A stretch of DNA of 64,000 bases from an uncultured bacterium (GCA_965662845.1 CBFIJD010000007.1:1-64000), one strand, 5' to 3'; counted from the stretch's first letter, positions 36,025 to 50,114 are shown. Made by a program: numbers and translations. The notes: generated by a model not told the origin, from the sequence alone.

Positions 36025-36693
36025 CTACAAATGATTGCGATGTGACCACCACGTCACCAGCTCCGAGGGGTGGTCTATCAAATGCTGAGCGCCGTGTTCT
36101 CGTAGCTCAGCGGCGTCTCTGAATCCCCATGTTGCGCCCATCGGGAGACAGCCGGCGTTGCAGGCCGTCTGCATGTCGATCGAGGTGTCGCCCACAAAGC
36201 ACATTTCTGAAGGTTCCACGCCGAGCTGCTTCGCGATTTCATACACGCCGACGGGGTCTGGCTTGCGGGCAATCCCCTCACGCTGTCCGAACACGACCGC
36301 CCAAGGCCACTTCCCTAAGAACTCCGAGACACACTCTTGTGTGAAGGCGTCGGGCTTGTTGGAGAGCACGGTGATGGGGACTTGCCACTCCGCAAGTTGA
36401 TCTAGCAGTTCTGCCACTCCGTCATACAGCGTTGTGCGCTGATTCCAACACTTGCTGTATTCAGCGTGAAACGCGTCTAACAAGGCCACTTGCCGCTCAG
36501 GAGTGCGCAGCTCGGCGGGCAAGACTTTTTCAATCAAGCGCGCAGCGCCTTCCCCCACAAATTGATTGTATGCTTCCACCGGATGGGTCGGGAGACGCTG
36601 CGCCTGCAACACCGTGTTAGTGGCGTGTGCCAAATCCTCCAGCGTATTGAGAAGCGTGCCGTCCAAATCAAAACAAATCGCCTGTAACTTCAT
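36025..36693 (-). CDS. HAD-family phosphatase (phosphoglycolate phosphatase-like)
   Basis: FDLDGTL, LSNK, RKPDP, FVGDT, WGFR. Confidence 0.9.
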   Translation of the reverse strand: MKLQAICFDLDGTLLNTLEDLAHATNTVLQAQRLPTHPVEAYNQFVGEGAARLIEKVLPAELRTPERQVALLDAFHAEYSKCWNQRTTLYDGVAELLDQLAEWQVPITVLSNKPDAFTQECVSEFLGKWPWAVVFGQREGIARKPDPVGVYEIAKQLGVEPSEMCFVGDTSIDMQTACNAGCLPMGATWGFRDAAELREHGAQHLIDHPSELVTWWSHRNHL

Positions 36694-36956
36694 GCAACCT
36701 CTAAGAAACAATTTTGGGAAAAGTGGGCCCTCGCTGGGTCATGTGAGGGAGGTTTTCAGCTCAGAAGTACCTGAAAATAGAGACGATTGCACGGAATTGC
36801 ACATCGATCAACACCACTTTTGTTCGAACAAAAAGGCGCTTGACCACCGTTAAGAAACTGTGATACCTAACCACCCGTTCGCTCACGAATATTTTCTCCA
36901 AACGAGAAGTTTGTCACAAACCAAGATTTTTCTCACAGACCATTGACAGGGCAACG

Positions 36957-37436
36957 ATGGATTACAAAGAGGCGATACTAGAGAATGCGTGGGGCGGCGT
37001 TGCCATGGATTACGGCCTGCTCCACATCCAACTCGCAACCCCAATCATCACCTTAGTGATCATCTTCGTTGTTTACCGCGCGCTCAACGCCCTCTTGTTT
37101 CAGCCAGTGCTCCGCACGCTTGAGAATCGCGAACAGATTACGGCTAACAGCCGCAACAAAGTCGCTACACTGACGCAAGAGATGGCGCAGTTGTCAGCCG
37201 AACTAGAAGCTAAAATCCACGACGCACGAGCCGAAGTCTCTCACGCAATGAACGAAGCGTACGAAGAAGGGCACCAAAAGCGTGAAGAGCGCATCATGAT
37301 AGAACGTCAGAAACTTACGGATGAACTGGCGAAAGCTCAGCAACAGCTGCAGAAAGAGACTGCGCAAGCACGTGTGACCCTGCAAAAGATGACGGAAGAT
37401 CTCGCAGAGCAAACTACAGCCCGCCTACTCAGTTAA
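36957..37436 (+). CDS. atpF2: ATP synthase Fo subunit b'
   Basis: TM helix, LLFQPVLRTLENRE, coiled coil; first gene of the atp cluster; alternative start at 37005. Confidence 0.8.
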   Translation: MDYKEAILENAWGGVAMDYGLLHIQLATPIITLVIIFVVYRALNALLFQPVLRTLENREQITANSRNKVATLTQEMAQLSAELEAKIHDARAEVSHAMNEAYEEGHQKREERIMIERQKLTDELAKAQQQLQKETAQARVTLQKMTEDLAEQTTARLLS

Positions 37437-37490
37437 CCCACCTACCATTCACCATCCGCCTATAACCCCTCAACCGAGAAAGGATTCATA

Positions 37491-38069
37491 ATGCGAAAGA
37501 GAGCCAAAATGTGTGGTTTTCTGACCGCCGCTCTCTGGTGGGCTCTCCCACTATGGGCAGCCGATGGCGGAGAAGCGCATGGCGGTTCCTCGATGGATTT
37601 CCTCTGGAAAATCGTCAACACCGCCATCCTCGTTGGGATTCTCTACTACTTCGCTCGCAAACCTGTCGCGCAAGCCATGGGCAAGTCCGCTGCCGACGCG
37701 AAGAAAACCATCGAAGAAGCTCAGGCCGCCGAGAAGCAGATTGAAGCAGAGCTCACCAACGCCAAAGAGCGCCTCGCCAACATGGAGAAAGAGGCTGAGG
37801 AGATGGTCTCAAAAGCAAAGGAACGCGCTGAGCTTGAGAAGCAACGTCTGATCGAAGAAGGGGAAGAAGAAGTTCGGCGCATGACGGAGCACGCCCGCTT
37901 CACCATTGACCAAGAATATCGTAAGGCAGAATACGAGCTGCGCCAGTGGGTCGCTGGGGCCACCGTTGAGCTGGCTGAGCAGAAGCTCAAGAGCAGCATC
38001 AACGCAGAGCAGCAGAAGAAACTTGCCCAGAATTTCCTCCAAAACTTTCAAAATGGAGAAGTTTCATGA
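37491..38069 (+). CDS. atpF: ATP synthase Fo subunit b
   Basis: WKIVNTAILVGILYYFARKP followed by coiled coil. Confidence 0.88.
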   Translation: MRKRAKMCGFLTAALWWALPLWAADGGEAHGGSSMDFLWKIVNTAILVGILYYFARKPVAQAMGKSAADAKKTIEEAQAAEKQIEAELTNAKERLANMEKEAEEMVSKAKERAELEKQRLIEEGEEEVRRMTEHARFTIDQEYRKAEYELRQWVAGATVELAEQKLKSSINAEQQKKLAQNFLQNFQNGEVS

Positions 38070-38620
38070 GCCAGATGGTCATCGCCAAGCGCTATGCCAA
38101 GGCTCTCGCTGGGCTAGCCCAACAACAAAATCAACTTGAGCAAGTTGATACAGAACTGCAGGACTTTGCCGAAAGTTTTGCGCAAGCGCCAACCCTGCGC
38201 GAAAGCCTAACGGACAACCGTCTCCCCCTCCAAACTCGCACCCAACTCTTGGGAGAGGTCCTCACGCAAATGAAGGTCACTCCGCTGGTCTCTACCTTTC
38301 TGCGCTTCCTCCTCAACAAGCGCCGCATGGAGCTGGTACCAGACATCGCTAAGGCCTTCGCTGATTTCCGTCAGGAGCTGATGGGCATTGTGCAGGCCGA
38401 GGTGATCGTCGCCAAAGAACCGCGCAGCAAAGAGAGCAAAGACATCCTGCAGCAAATTCAGGATCAACTCTCAGCCTTCACGGGCAAAACTGTGAAAATC
38501 AACGTCACTGTGGATCCTTCCATCATCGGCGGCATCGTGGCCCGCATCGGTTCGGTGATGATCGACGGAAGCATCCGCAACCAACTTGTTCAAGTCCGTC
38601 AATCGATCATCAGAGGTTGA
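38066..38620 (+). CDS. atpH: ATP synthase F1 subunit delta
   Basis: IAKRYAKAL, VDPSIIGG, IDGS. Confidence 0.95.
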   Translation: MSQMVIAKRYAKALAGLAQQQNQLEQVDTELQDFAESFAQAPTLRESLTDNRLPLQTRTQLLGEVLTQMKVTPLVSTFLRFLLNKRRMELVPDIAKAFADFRQELMGIVQAEVIVAKEPRSKESKDILQQIQDQLSAFTGKTVKINVTVDPSIIGGIVARIGSVMIDGSIRNQLVQVRQSIIRG

Positions 38621-40135
<1,515 letters not shown>

Positions 40136-40153
40136 ACTGATTCCAGCCATCTA

Positions 40154-40178
40154 CTGCCCGGCTACTGTGGTTGGGCAG
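40154..40178 (+). other. Intercistronic hairpin between atpA and atpG (likely mRNA stability element)
   Basis: CTGCCCGGCTA/TGGTTGGGCAG 11-bp stem including G-U pairs; no T tail. Confidence 0.5.
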
Positions 40179-40197
40179 GTCTCCGAGTTAAAATCGA

Positions 40198-42499
<2,302 letters not shown>

Positions 42500-42528
42500 T
42501 GTTCACCATCTAACGAGAAAGCAACGTC

Positions 42529-42966
42529 ATGGCGACACCGCTCCAATTGGAGGTCCTCACTCCACGACGCCGTCTCATTCAAACGGAAGCCGAACAGGTG
42601 ACGTTACCCGGCCAAGTTGGGGAACTCGGCGTGCTGCCACAGCACATCCCACTCGTCACTATGCTGAACAGTGGTGTCTTGAGCTACTCCACCAACCAGC
42701 AGCGCCACCACCTCGCGGTTCAAGGTGGATATGCCCAAGTCGAAGCCGACCAAGTCATCGTCTTGGTTGAACAAGCTGAGGCTGCAGAAGATATTGACCT
42801 GAGCGCAGCTCAAGAGTCGGAAAGAGACGCTCAGGAACACCTGAAACAGCTGATCAGCGCGCCTCCCGAAGACGGAGACTACGACGCGCAGCAGCGCCGT
42901 GTCAGCCAATACGAAACGCAGCTGATGTGGGCTCTGGCTCGTCAACAAGTCGGCAACCTCAAGTAA
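42529..42966 (+). CDS. atpC: ATP synthase F1 subunit epsilon
   Basis: LEVLTP, GELGVLPQHIPL, GGYA. Confidence 0.93.
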   Translation: MATPLQLEVLTPRRRLIQTEAEQVTLPGQVGELGVLPQHIPLVTMLNSGVLSYSTNQQRHHLAVQGGYAQVEADQVIVLVEQAEAAEDIDLSAAQESERDAQEHLKQLISAPPEDGDYDAQQRRVSQYETQLMWALARQQVGNLK

Positions 42967-42975
42967 GTCTCCACG

Positions 42976-42994
42976 GCCCTGCTCTCTGCAGGGC
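42976..42994. terminator. Hairpin between convergent atpC and rlmE
   Basis: GCCCTGC-TCTCT-GCAGGGC. Confidence 0.5.
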
Positions 42995-43008
42995 TCTCCT
43001 CTCATCGC

Positions 43009-43617
43009 TCAGTCAGCTTCCTCATCGACGGCCCTCATCTTCTCGCCAAGCAAAAAAATCTCTACGCTTTCATTCCGCGAACTCTTAGGTTTGCAGGTCT
43101 TCACGTTCATGAACATGCGCCGAAAATCCGCTCTTAGCTTCTCGAAGGGAGCCCCTTGGAACGCCTTCACCAGCAACGATCCTCCTTGCTTGAGATGCTG
43201 TTGGGCCAGCCAGAGCACTTGCTGATTTAGAGCGTAAGAGCGATCGGCATCCGCAGCGCGTACACCACTCGTTTTCGGAGCCATATCGCTCAAAATTACA
43301 TCAAATGGCTCCTGCCACCAGTGCTCGTCGCTGGTGTCGAGCGCAAAGACATCCGCTTGAACGACCTCCGCGTTTTGCGGCAGCGCCAATGTCACAGGTT
43401 GCAAATCCACTCCTAACAGGCGCCCGCGCTCTCCGATTTGCTTCAACGTGTATTGCATCCATGAGCCAGGACAGCACCCCACATCGAGCACCTTCTGACC
43501 GCTCCGCAACAGACCATGCTTGCGGTTGATCTCTTCGAGTTTGTAGGCAGAACGCGCAACATATCCGTCGCGCTTGGCTTGTTTGAAATAGTGATCCTGC
43601 ACTTTTTTCATGGGCAT
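43009..43617 (-). CDS. rlmE: 23S rRNA Um2552 methyltransferase
   Basis: YVARSAYKLEEI, DVGCCPGSW, SDMAP, KPKSSRNESVE. Confidence 0.93.
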   Translation of the reverse strand: MPMKKVQDHYFKQAKRDGYVARSAYKLEEINRKHGLLRSGQKVLDVGCCPGSWMQYTLKQIGERGRLLGVDLQPVTLALPQNAEVVQADVFALDTSDEHWWQEPFDVILSDMAPKTSGVRAADADRSYALNQQVLWLAQQHLKQGGSLLVKAFQGAPFEKLRADFRRMFMNVKTCKPKSSRNESVEIFLLGEKMRAVDEEAD

Positions 43618-43707
43618 GGCTGGGACAGAGGGTTGTTGATTTGCCTTTTCAAACGGATTTCCGTAGAAATTTGGTCTTTATTTGTTCCGCTCAACGAAAG
43701 GAGAGTT

Positions 43708-44079
43708 ATGGACTTCAAAGTTGCAGGTCTCACTCCGGCGAGTTTCTCTGATTATCTGGACACCAGCCGCTCCAACGGGATTTCTCCGATTTCCATGCAG
43801 GAGATCCGAACCCTGCGCCAGAATTTTGAACGCGAGTGTGAGCCTCTACGAGCTGCGCTGGGGCCTGTAGAACACCAAACGATGCTGGTGACGATGTATG
43901 AAGGGACAGAAAAGCTCTTGAACCAACGACTGCCGACATTTGCCGTCCACGCTTTTTTGGAGGACTTGAAACTCAGCGCCCAAGAATTGCGACAACAAGG
44001 GATCTCCGATCGCGAGTTTCGTCAACAGCTCATGCAAGACACCCAATCTAAGCTCCAAAGCCTCCTGAACAACGGCTAA
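43708..44079 (+). CDS. Hypothetical protein (123 aa)
   Basis: Strong RBS AAGGAG before ATG 43708. Confidence 0.7.
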   Translation: MDFKVAGLTPASFSDYLDTSRSNGISPISMQEIRTLRQNFERECEPLRAALGPVEHQTMLVTMYEGTEKLLNQRLPTFAVHAFLEDLKLSAQELRQQGISDREFRQQLMQDTQSKLQSLLNNG

Positions 44080-44159
44080 CTCTCTCCCGCTTCTGCTTGC
44101 ATTCCCCTCCTGCCTCGCTATTCTTATTGGCTTTTTTGCCACACCTTCTCTAGCTAGCA

Positions 44160-44600
44160 ATGCACCTGCGCTTTTCTACGCCTGTTACGGCGCCTGTCTC
44201 GGCAGTCTGGGACGGCTTCACCAGAGAGCTTTTCCTCGCCTTATCTCCTCCCTTTCCTCCCGTTCGACTCTTGCGCTTTGACGGATGCAAGCAGGGAGAC
44301 GAGGTTCATTTGGAGCTGCGCTTTGGCCTGCGCAACGAGCGCTGGGAGAGTCGCATCGTCGAAGAGTCCCACTCGCCAGAAGCCTCGCTCTTTGTGGACG
44401 AAGGAACCCGTCTGCCTTTCTTTCTCAAGACGTGGCGTCACGAACACCGGATCGAAGCGACGGAGACGGGGGCGTTGATCGTGGATCAGATTGAATATAG
44501 CGCCCCGTTTCATATGCTCGACTACCTGCTGTGGCCCACGCTTTGGCTGCAATTTCGCTATCGCCGTCCCATCTATCAACGCCACTTCGGCAAACCTTGA
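44160..44600 (+). CDS. SRPBCC/START-like domain protein
   Basis: LSPPFPP, FVDEG..LPF...WRHEH, DQIEY, FRYR. Confidence 0.75.
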   Translation: MHLRFSTPVTAPVSAVWDGFTRELFLALSPPFPPVRLLRFDGCKQGDEVHLELRFGLRNERWESRIVEESHSPEASLFVDEGTRLPFFLKTWRHEHRIEATETGALIVDQIEYSAPFHMLDYLLWPTLWLQFRYRRPIYQRHFGKP

Positions 44601-44614
44601 CAGATTGTTTGTTC

Positions 44615-45778
44615 ATGCTGCTGATTCGTTCTCTCACGGCGCTTTGCGGCGTGTTCTCAATTTTTGGATCTTTTGCTTGGGCGACTCAAGGAGTCACCGA
44701 CCAAGAAATCCGCGTCGGTACACACACCGCGTTGAGCGGGCCAGCGGCGGCGTGGGGGCTTGGATCTGTCCGCGCGATCCGCTTTCACTTTGACGAAATC
44801 AACGCCCAAGGAGGCGTGCACGGCAGAAAGCTGCGCCTCATCGCAGAAGATCATCAATACCAAGTCGTCCGCGCTCGTCAGGCCGCTAACAAACTCATCC
44901 GCAACGACCAAGTCTTTGTGATGCTCTCCGCGCTGGGCACGAGCATGAACAACGTCGCGTGGCCGCTACAAGCGCAATACGAAGTGCCGAATTTGTTTCC
45001 ATATACGTCTGCGCGCTCGATGTCTGAACCGTTGCATCGACTGAAATTCACGGCAAGCGTTTCGTATTTTGCACAAGCGAGCGCGACCGTACGTTATTTT
45101 CAACGGCAAGGCTATGAGCGCTTCTGTCTGATGCACCAAAACACCGACTATGGACGCGAGGCACTGGAGGGAGTGGAAGCAGAATTGCAGTCACAGGGGC
45201 TCTCGCTCACAGCAGTGGCCGCCCACAGCCCAACCGAGACCAACTTTCTCAACACGTTGCTTCGCCTCCGCGCACAACAATGTGAAGTCCTCTTGTTAGG
45301 AACCATCCTCGGCGATACGATCCGGATTCTGAAAACGCGTCACCAGCTCCAGTGGGAACTCCCCACCGTTGGGAACGTCTCTGCCTACGATCAACTCATT
45401 GTGGAACAGGCGGGTGAGGCTGCCGAAGACTTTTATGCGACCGCTTCCATCGAGATGCTCTACGCAGATGCGCTGCCCACTCCAGAGAGCAAGCGCTTCT
45501 TTGCGAGCTATCGGCAGCAACATGGGGAGTCTCCAAACAACGCGGTGCAAATGGCCTATTTCTACGCTCGTATTTTCACTCACGCGCTGCGGCAGGTTGG
45601 CCCCACATTGACGACGGCAGCGCTCGTGCAAACCCTGGAATCCATGAACGACTATCGTGATCCGCTGGGAGGGCCAACGCTGCAATTTGGACCAAATGAT
45701 CACGCTGGCATCGAAGCGCCGCTGCTCGCCCAAATTCGCAACGGGCGCTGGATCACGGTCACGTCCACTCTGCCCTGA
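44615..45778 (+). CDS. Branched-chain amino acid type (LivJ-like) periplasmic binding protein, orphan
   Basis: QGVTDQEIRVG, LSGPAAAWG, INAQGGVHGRKLRL..ED, DYGRE. Confidence 0.85.
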   Translation: MLLIRSLTALCGVFSIFGSFAWATQGVTDQEIRVGTHTALSGPAAAWGLGSVRAIRFHFDEINAQGGVHGRKLRLIAEDHQYQVVRARQAANKLIRNDQVFVMLSALGTSMNNVAWPLQAQYEVPNLFPYTSARSMSEPLHRLKFTASVSYFAQASATVRYFQRQGYERFCLMHQNTDYGREALEGVEAELQSQGLSLTAVAAHSPTETNFLNTLLRLRAQQCEVLLLGTILGDTIRILKTRHQLQWELPTVGNVSAYDQLIVEQAGEAAEDFYATASIEMLYADALPTPESKRFFASYRQQHGESPNNAVQMAYFYARIFTHALRQVGPTLTTAALVQTLESMNDYRDPLGGPTLQFGPNDHAGIEAPLLAQIRNGRWITVTSTLP

Positions 45779-45784
45779 GCACTT

Positions 45785-46852
45785 ATGCAAACCTTACGCG
45801 TTCTCTTGACTGGCGGCGGGTCTGGCGGCCCAACCACTCCACTGATTGCTGTCGCTGAAGTCTTTCGACAAGACGACTCTGCGGAAGTCCGCTTTGTCGG
45901 TACAAAAAATGGCCCTGAACGACAAATGGCAGAAGCCGCAGGGATTCCGTTTTGTGCCATTCCCTCTGGAAAACTCCGCCGCTATTTCAGCTGGCAGAAC
46001 TTCACCGACCCCTTTCGGATTCTGATGGGCGCAGGCTATGCGCTGGGACATCTGCGCGATTTTCAGCCGCATGTGATCGTCTCTGCGGGGAGCTTTGTGA
46101 GCGTCCCGGTGGCTGCGGTGGCCAAGCTGCTCAGAGTGCCGCACGTCTGTCTACAAATGGACGCGCTGCCGGGCTTGGCCAACCGCCTGATGGTGCCCTT
46201 CACGACGGCGATGGCTTATTACTTCCCCACGTCTGAAGCTGCGTTTCAAAAAGTACCGCGCCGAGAGCACGTCGGGCCTGTGGTACGCAGCGCGATCATC
46301 CAGTCCAAAGCGGAACGCGCGAACGCGCGCTTCGGGCTCGATCCCCAGCGTCCTCTGCTCCTGGTTACTGGCGGCGGGCAGGGCTCTGCCGGCCTCAACC
46401 AAGCCGTCACATCGGTGCTCCCGTTGTTGCTGGAGCGCTTTCAGGTTGTGCACCTCACGGGCAAAGGGGGGGAAGCCGCGCCACCTCAGGCGGGCTATCA
46501 GGCTCTGGAGTTTGTGCACGAAGGCATGGGGGACTTACTGGCTCGTAGCCAACTGGTCGTCACCCGCGCGGGGCTCGGTATTTTGGGAGAGCTCGCGGCG
46601 TTGGGGAGAGATGTTGTGCTGGTTCCGCTGCCGAACAGCCATCAAGAGCAGAACGCCCGCGCGATTGTGGAGCAAAACGCGGCGACGCTGCTGCCGCAAG
46701 CGGAGTTTCAGGGCAATGGAAGCGCTTGGTGGCGTGCGTTTCTTGAGACCTACACTCCCCACGACACCGGACAACGCTTGCTCTCTTTCTGGCCTCCACA
46801 GGGTACGGAGGCTTTCGTCACTTTGATTCGCGATGTCGCGAAGACTCATTAA
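45785..46852 (+). CDS. murG: MurG-family (GT28) N-acetylglucosaminyltransferase
   Basis: TGGGSGG, SGKLRRY, GSFVSVP, PGLANR, TRAG, HQEQNA. Confidence 0.8.
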   Translation: MQTLRVLLTGGGSGGPTTPLIAVAEVFRQDDSAEVRFVGTKNGPERQMAEAAGIPFCAIPSGKLRRYFSWQNFTDPFRILMGAGYALGHLRDFQPHVIVSAGSFVSVPVAAVAKLLRVPHVCLQMDALPGLANRLMVPFTTAMAYYFPTSEAAFQKVPRREHVGPVVRSAIIQSKAERANARFGLDPQRPLLLVTGGGQGSAGLNQAVTSVLPLLLERFQVVHLTGKGGEAAPPQAGYQALEFVHEGMGDLLARSQLVVTRAGLGILGELAALGRDVVLVPLPNSHQEQNARAIVEQNAATLLPQAEFQGNGSAWWRAFLETYTPHDTGQRLLSFWPPQGTEAFVTLIRDVAKTH

Positions 46853-46869
46853 CTTTACAGGGGATCAAC

Positions 46870-48642
46870 ATGGAACTGCGCTATCAGAATCTGGTGGAAA
46901 TGATGGAGCGCTGCTGCGCGGAGTACGCCGACCGACCCATGTTCGGCACCAAAGAGAACGAGACGTATCAGTGGGTGTCGTTCAAGGAGTTTGGGGAAAC
47001 CGTGACCGACTTACGAGGCGCGCTCACCAGTCTGGGGGTCGGGGAAGGCGACAGCGTGGGCGTGATCGCCGACAACATGATCCCTTGGGTGACGATGGCA
47101 TATGCGACCTACAGCGTCGGCGGGATCTATGTGCCCATGTACACAAAGCAACAAGTGGATGAGTGGAAGTACATTTTGCGGGACGCGAACTGCAAGATCC
47201 TGCTCGTTGCTACCGAGTCGCTCTACCGAGCCGCGGAGTCATGGAAAAGCGATCTGCCAGACTTAGAGCAGGTCATTTTGTTGACAGAACCCAAGTCCGA
47301 TGAGCCCCTGCTGACTTACGCGCAGCTTCTCAAAAACGGAAAAGAGCACCCGTGGGTCGCGCCCGTGTACCCCGAACCAGACAAGCTGATGGGGATGATC
47401 TACACCTCGGGGACCACGGGGATGCCCAAAGGCGTGCAGATGAGCCACCGCACCGTCCTGCTTACGCTACAGGCGGGCCTAGAAGCGATCCCCGCAAACG
47501 CCGATGACCGCACGCTCGCCTTCCTGCCGTGGGCGCACATCTTCGGGCAAATCTGCGAAGTGCATGGGCTCATCTGGGAAGGGTTCTCAGCCGCGATGCT
47601 GCAAAACCTCGGAAAACTGGTCGATGAGCTTGGCGAGGTTCGACCGACGATGCTGTTCGCGGTGCCGCGTGTTTACAACCGCATCCACGAGAAGTTGCAC
47701 CTGCAGATCTACAGCAAGTCTCCGACGCTCTACGCCTTGTTTGAGAAGGGGCTGGTCTGTTCTTCAAAGCGCCGTCGTGGTGAGCGCTTGCTGCCGCATG
47801 AGTGGTTGATCTTCAAAATTTGCGACAAGCTGTTCTTCTCAAAAGTGCGCGCGAAGTTTGGCGGGCGGTTACGCTTTGCCTATAGCGGGGGGAGCGCCCT
47901 CAATGCGGAAGTGATTGAGTTCATGCAGAACATGGGCATCAACCTGATGGAAGGCTACGGACTCAGCGAGGTCATCGCGGCAGTGAATCGTCCCGAACGC
48001 CAAAAGATTGGCGCCGTCGGGCAAGTGCTGTCAGACGTTCGCATCGAGATTGACCAGTCCGTCAGCTCGGGTGATAGCCGTGATGGGGAGATCGTCATTT
48101 ACGGTCCGCTGGTCACCCCGGGCTATCACAACTTGCCGGAAGAAAACGCCAAGTCCTTCACGTCCGATGGCGGCTTCCGCACCGGTGATGTCGGACACTT
48201 TGATGAAGAGGGCTACCTGCACATCACGGGGCGCGTGAAAGAGATCTACAAACTTGAGAATGGTAAATACATCGCGCCAGCGCTCTTAGAAGAAGCGATC
48301 AAGCTCAGCCCGTTTGTGAATCAGGTCATGATCTATGGCTTCCAGAAGGTCTACAACGTGGCGCTAGTGGTGGTGGAATTGGAGGCGATCCAGTCTTACG
48401 CAGAGCGCAACGACATGCAGGGAGAGGTCAGCGATTGGCTACGGTCGGAAGAAATTCAGGATTTGATGAAGAAAGAAATCCGCAAGCACACCAAAGATTT
48501 TCAAGATTATGAGCGCCCTAAGCGGTTTCACTTGCTCACAGAGGAGTGGACGGTCGAGAACAATCTGATCACTCCAACATTGAAGTTGAAGCGTAATTTG
48601 GTCGAGCAGCGCTTCCAGAAAGAGTTGGAAGCCATGTATTGA
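46870..48642 (+). CDS. Long-chain fatty acid-CoA ligase
   Basis: YTSGTTGMPKG, EGYGLSE, FRTGD, GRVKE...NGKYIAP, TPTLKLKR. Confidence 0.92.
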   Translation: MELRYQNLVEMMERCCAEYADRPMFGTKENETYQWVSFKEFGETVTDLRGALTSLGVGEGDSVGVIADNMIPWVTMAYATYSVGGIYVPMYTKQQVDEWKYILRDANCKILLVATESLYRAAESWKSDLPDLEQVILLTEPKSDEPLLTYAQLLKNGKEHPWVAPVYPEPDKLMGMIYTSGTTGMPKGVQMSHRTVLLTLQAGLEAIPANADDRTLAFLPWAHIFGQICEVHGLIWEGFSAAMLQNLGKLVDELGEVRPTMLFAVPRVYNRIHEKLHLQIYSKSPTLYALFEKGLVCSSKRRRGERLLPHEWLIFKICDKLFFSKVRAKFGGRLRFAYSGGSALNAEVIEFMQNMGINLMEGYGLSEVIAAVNRPERQKIGAVGQVLSDVRIEIDQSVSSGDSRDGEIVIYGPLVTPGYHNLPEENAKSFTSDGGFRTGDVGHFDEEGYLHITGRVKEIYKLENGKYIAPALLEEAIKLSPFVNQVMIYGFQKVYNVALVVVELEAIQSYAERNDMQGEVSDWLRSEEIQDLMKKEIRKHTKDFQDYERPKRFHLLTEEWTVENNLITPTLKLKRNLVEQRFQKELEAMY

Positions 48643-49218
48643 TCAAAACCACTGCTGGAGGGCTCCCCAAATGGCGTCTTTTCCCATCTTTGCCAGCGAA
48701 GAGTGCGGCAAGGGATCAGACGCGAGCCCCAGCTCGTCACGCACGAGCTTCAGCTGCTTCTGATATTGCCCACGCTTCAGCTTATCCATCTTGTTCGCGA
48801 TCACCAGCACAGGCTTTTCATAATAATCTAGCCACTCTTTCATCTGCTTATCATTGTTGTTGGGCCCATGTCGCACATCAATGATCAACACGACCCCCTT
48901 CAGCACCGCTCGATCCGATAAATATCCTTCAATCATGGGTTGCCATTGGCGCTGCACCGCCGTGGGCACCTTGGCGTAGCCATATCCGGGCAAGTCGACT
49001 AACTGAAAATCATCGTTGATGCGGAAGAAATTGATGAGTTGGGTTTTGCCCGGCGTGGAGCTGGTTTTGACGAGCCCCTTGCGGTTGAGCAGCGAGTTGA
49101 TGAGGGTGGACTTGCCGACATTGGATTTGCCGGCGAAGGCGATCTCTGAGAGTTCTGGGGGAGGGTACTGATCGGAGTTCGCCGCGCTTTTCACAAACTC
49201 GGCGGTGTGAATTTTCAT
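48643..49218 (-). CDS. engB: Ribosome biogenesis GTPase YihA/YsxC
   Basis: GKSNVGKS, TSSTPGKT, DLPGYGYA, NKMD. Confidence 0.95.
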   Translation of the reverse strand: MKIHTAEFVKSAANSDQYPPPELSEIAFAGKSNVGKSTLINSLLNRKGLVKTSSTPGKTQLINFFRINDDFQLVDLPGYGYAKVPTAVQRQWQPMIEGYLSDRAVLKGVVLIIDVRHGPNNNDKQMKEWLDYYEKPVLVIANKMDKLKRGQYQKQLKLVRDELGLASDPLPHSSLAKMGKDAIWGALQQWF

Positions 49219-50114
49219 GACTCATCTTCCGCGCGCTTGTTTTCCTGCAACGTGACACGATCGACATTTTCCTGTGCATCGGGATCGTCCACCATCTCGG
49301 CAGGGATTGCCAAGTAGCGCTGCGCTTGCTGTCGCAAGTGCTCTTCGCGACAAGCCGGTTCGTTGCGGGAGAGGTCCAAGTAGAGCAAAACTGTTACAAT
49401 CGAGGCATAAGGATAGAACAAGAGCGCAGTCAGGTATTGCGCTTGCCGCAAGGCGGTCATGAACTCATCGCTGCCCAAAGTATCGCTGATTGCTTGATCA
49501 ATTTCGCCCTCTGCAGAGAGCAAGGCACCAAAGTTGATTTCCGGCATAAAGAACTGCAACAGCAACACAAAGAGCGCGAATTGCAGAAGCGTTGTGAACA
49601 CGATCGTCCCAAACGTCCTGCCAAGACGACTCTTCGTCAGCTGAAAGCTCCGCACCAGCGCTTGCAATCCCCGCAAGTCTTCCAGAATGCAGACGGGCTG
49701 CGCGATCGCGAACACGAAAATACTGCCCAGCCACATCGCAACCAAGATCACGTTCATCGGCGGAGGGAACACCAGCCCAGTCATGCCAAAGATGAACAGC
49801 AAATACTGCAAGATGCCCACGTGCAGGGGACGGAGGGCCGTGCGAGACAAAAACTGCTGCAAGATCGTGCCTGTCGGGAAAATGCCCGCAAATAAGATCG
49901 ACAAGATGCCGAGCATCACGCCAGCTTCGAGCAGTCGCATCATCAAAAAGAGCACAACGCTCTCGGTTTCCATCAAGTCTGCGAGGCTCAAGCCCATCGC
50001 TGGCAACAACAAAACGAGCGTCAGGCTCAAGATCGGTACCAGATGTGCTCGATAAATCTGCCAACTCTGAACAAAAATAGAAAAGATCGAAGGAGACGGA
50101 GGAATAACGCTCAT
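49215..50114 (-). CDS. Multi-pass membrane protein of unknown function
   Basis: About 6 hydrophobic segments; ALVRSFQL and LLYLDL patterns; start MSVIPP. Confidence 0.75.
   Translation of the reverse strand: MSVIPPSPSIFSIFVQSWQIYRAHLVPILSLTLVLLLPAMGLSLADLMETESVVLFLMMRLLEAGVMLGILSILFAGIFPTGTILQQFLSRTALRPLHVGILQYLLFIFGMTGLVFPPPMNVILVAMWLGSIFVFAIAQPVCILEDLRGLQALVRSFQLTKSRLGRTFGTIVFTTLLQFALFVLLLQFFMPEINFGALLSAEGEIDQAISDTLGSDEFMTALRQAQYLTALLFYPYASIVTVLLYLDLSRNEPACREEHLRQQAQRYLAIPAEMVDDPDAQENVDRVTLQENKRAEDES

Noticed and set aside
36957..37013. Duplicated ATGGATTAC (MDY...MDY) at the atpF' start
   Set aside because: Only 9 bp; it affects start-codon choice but gives no evidence of function
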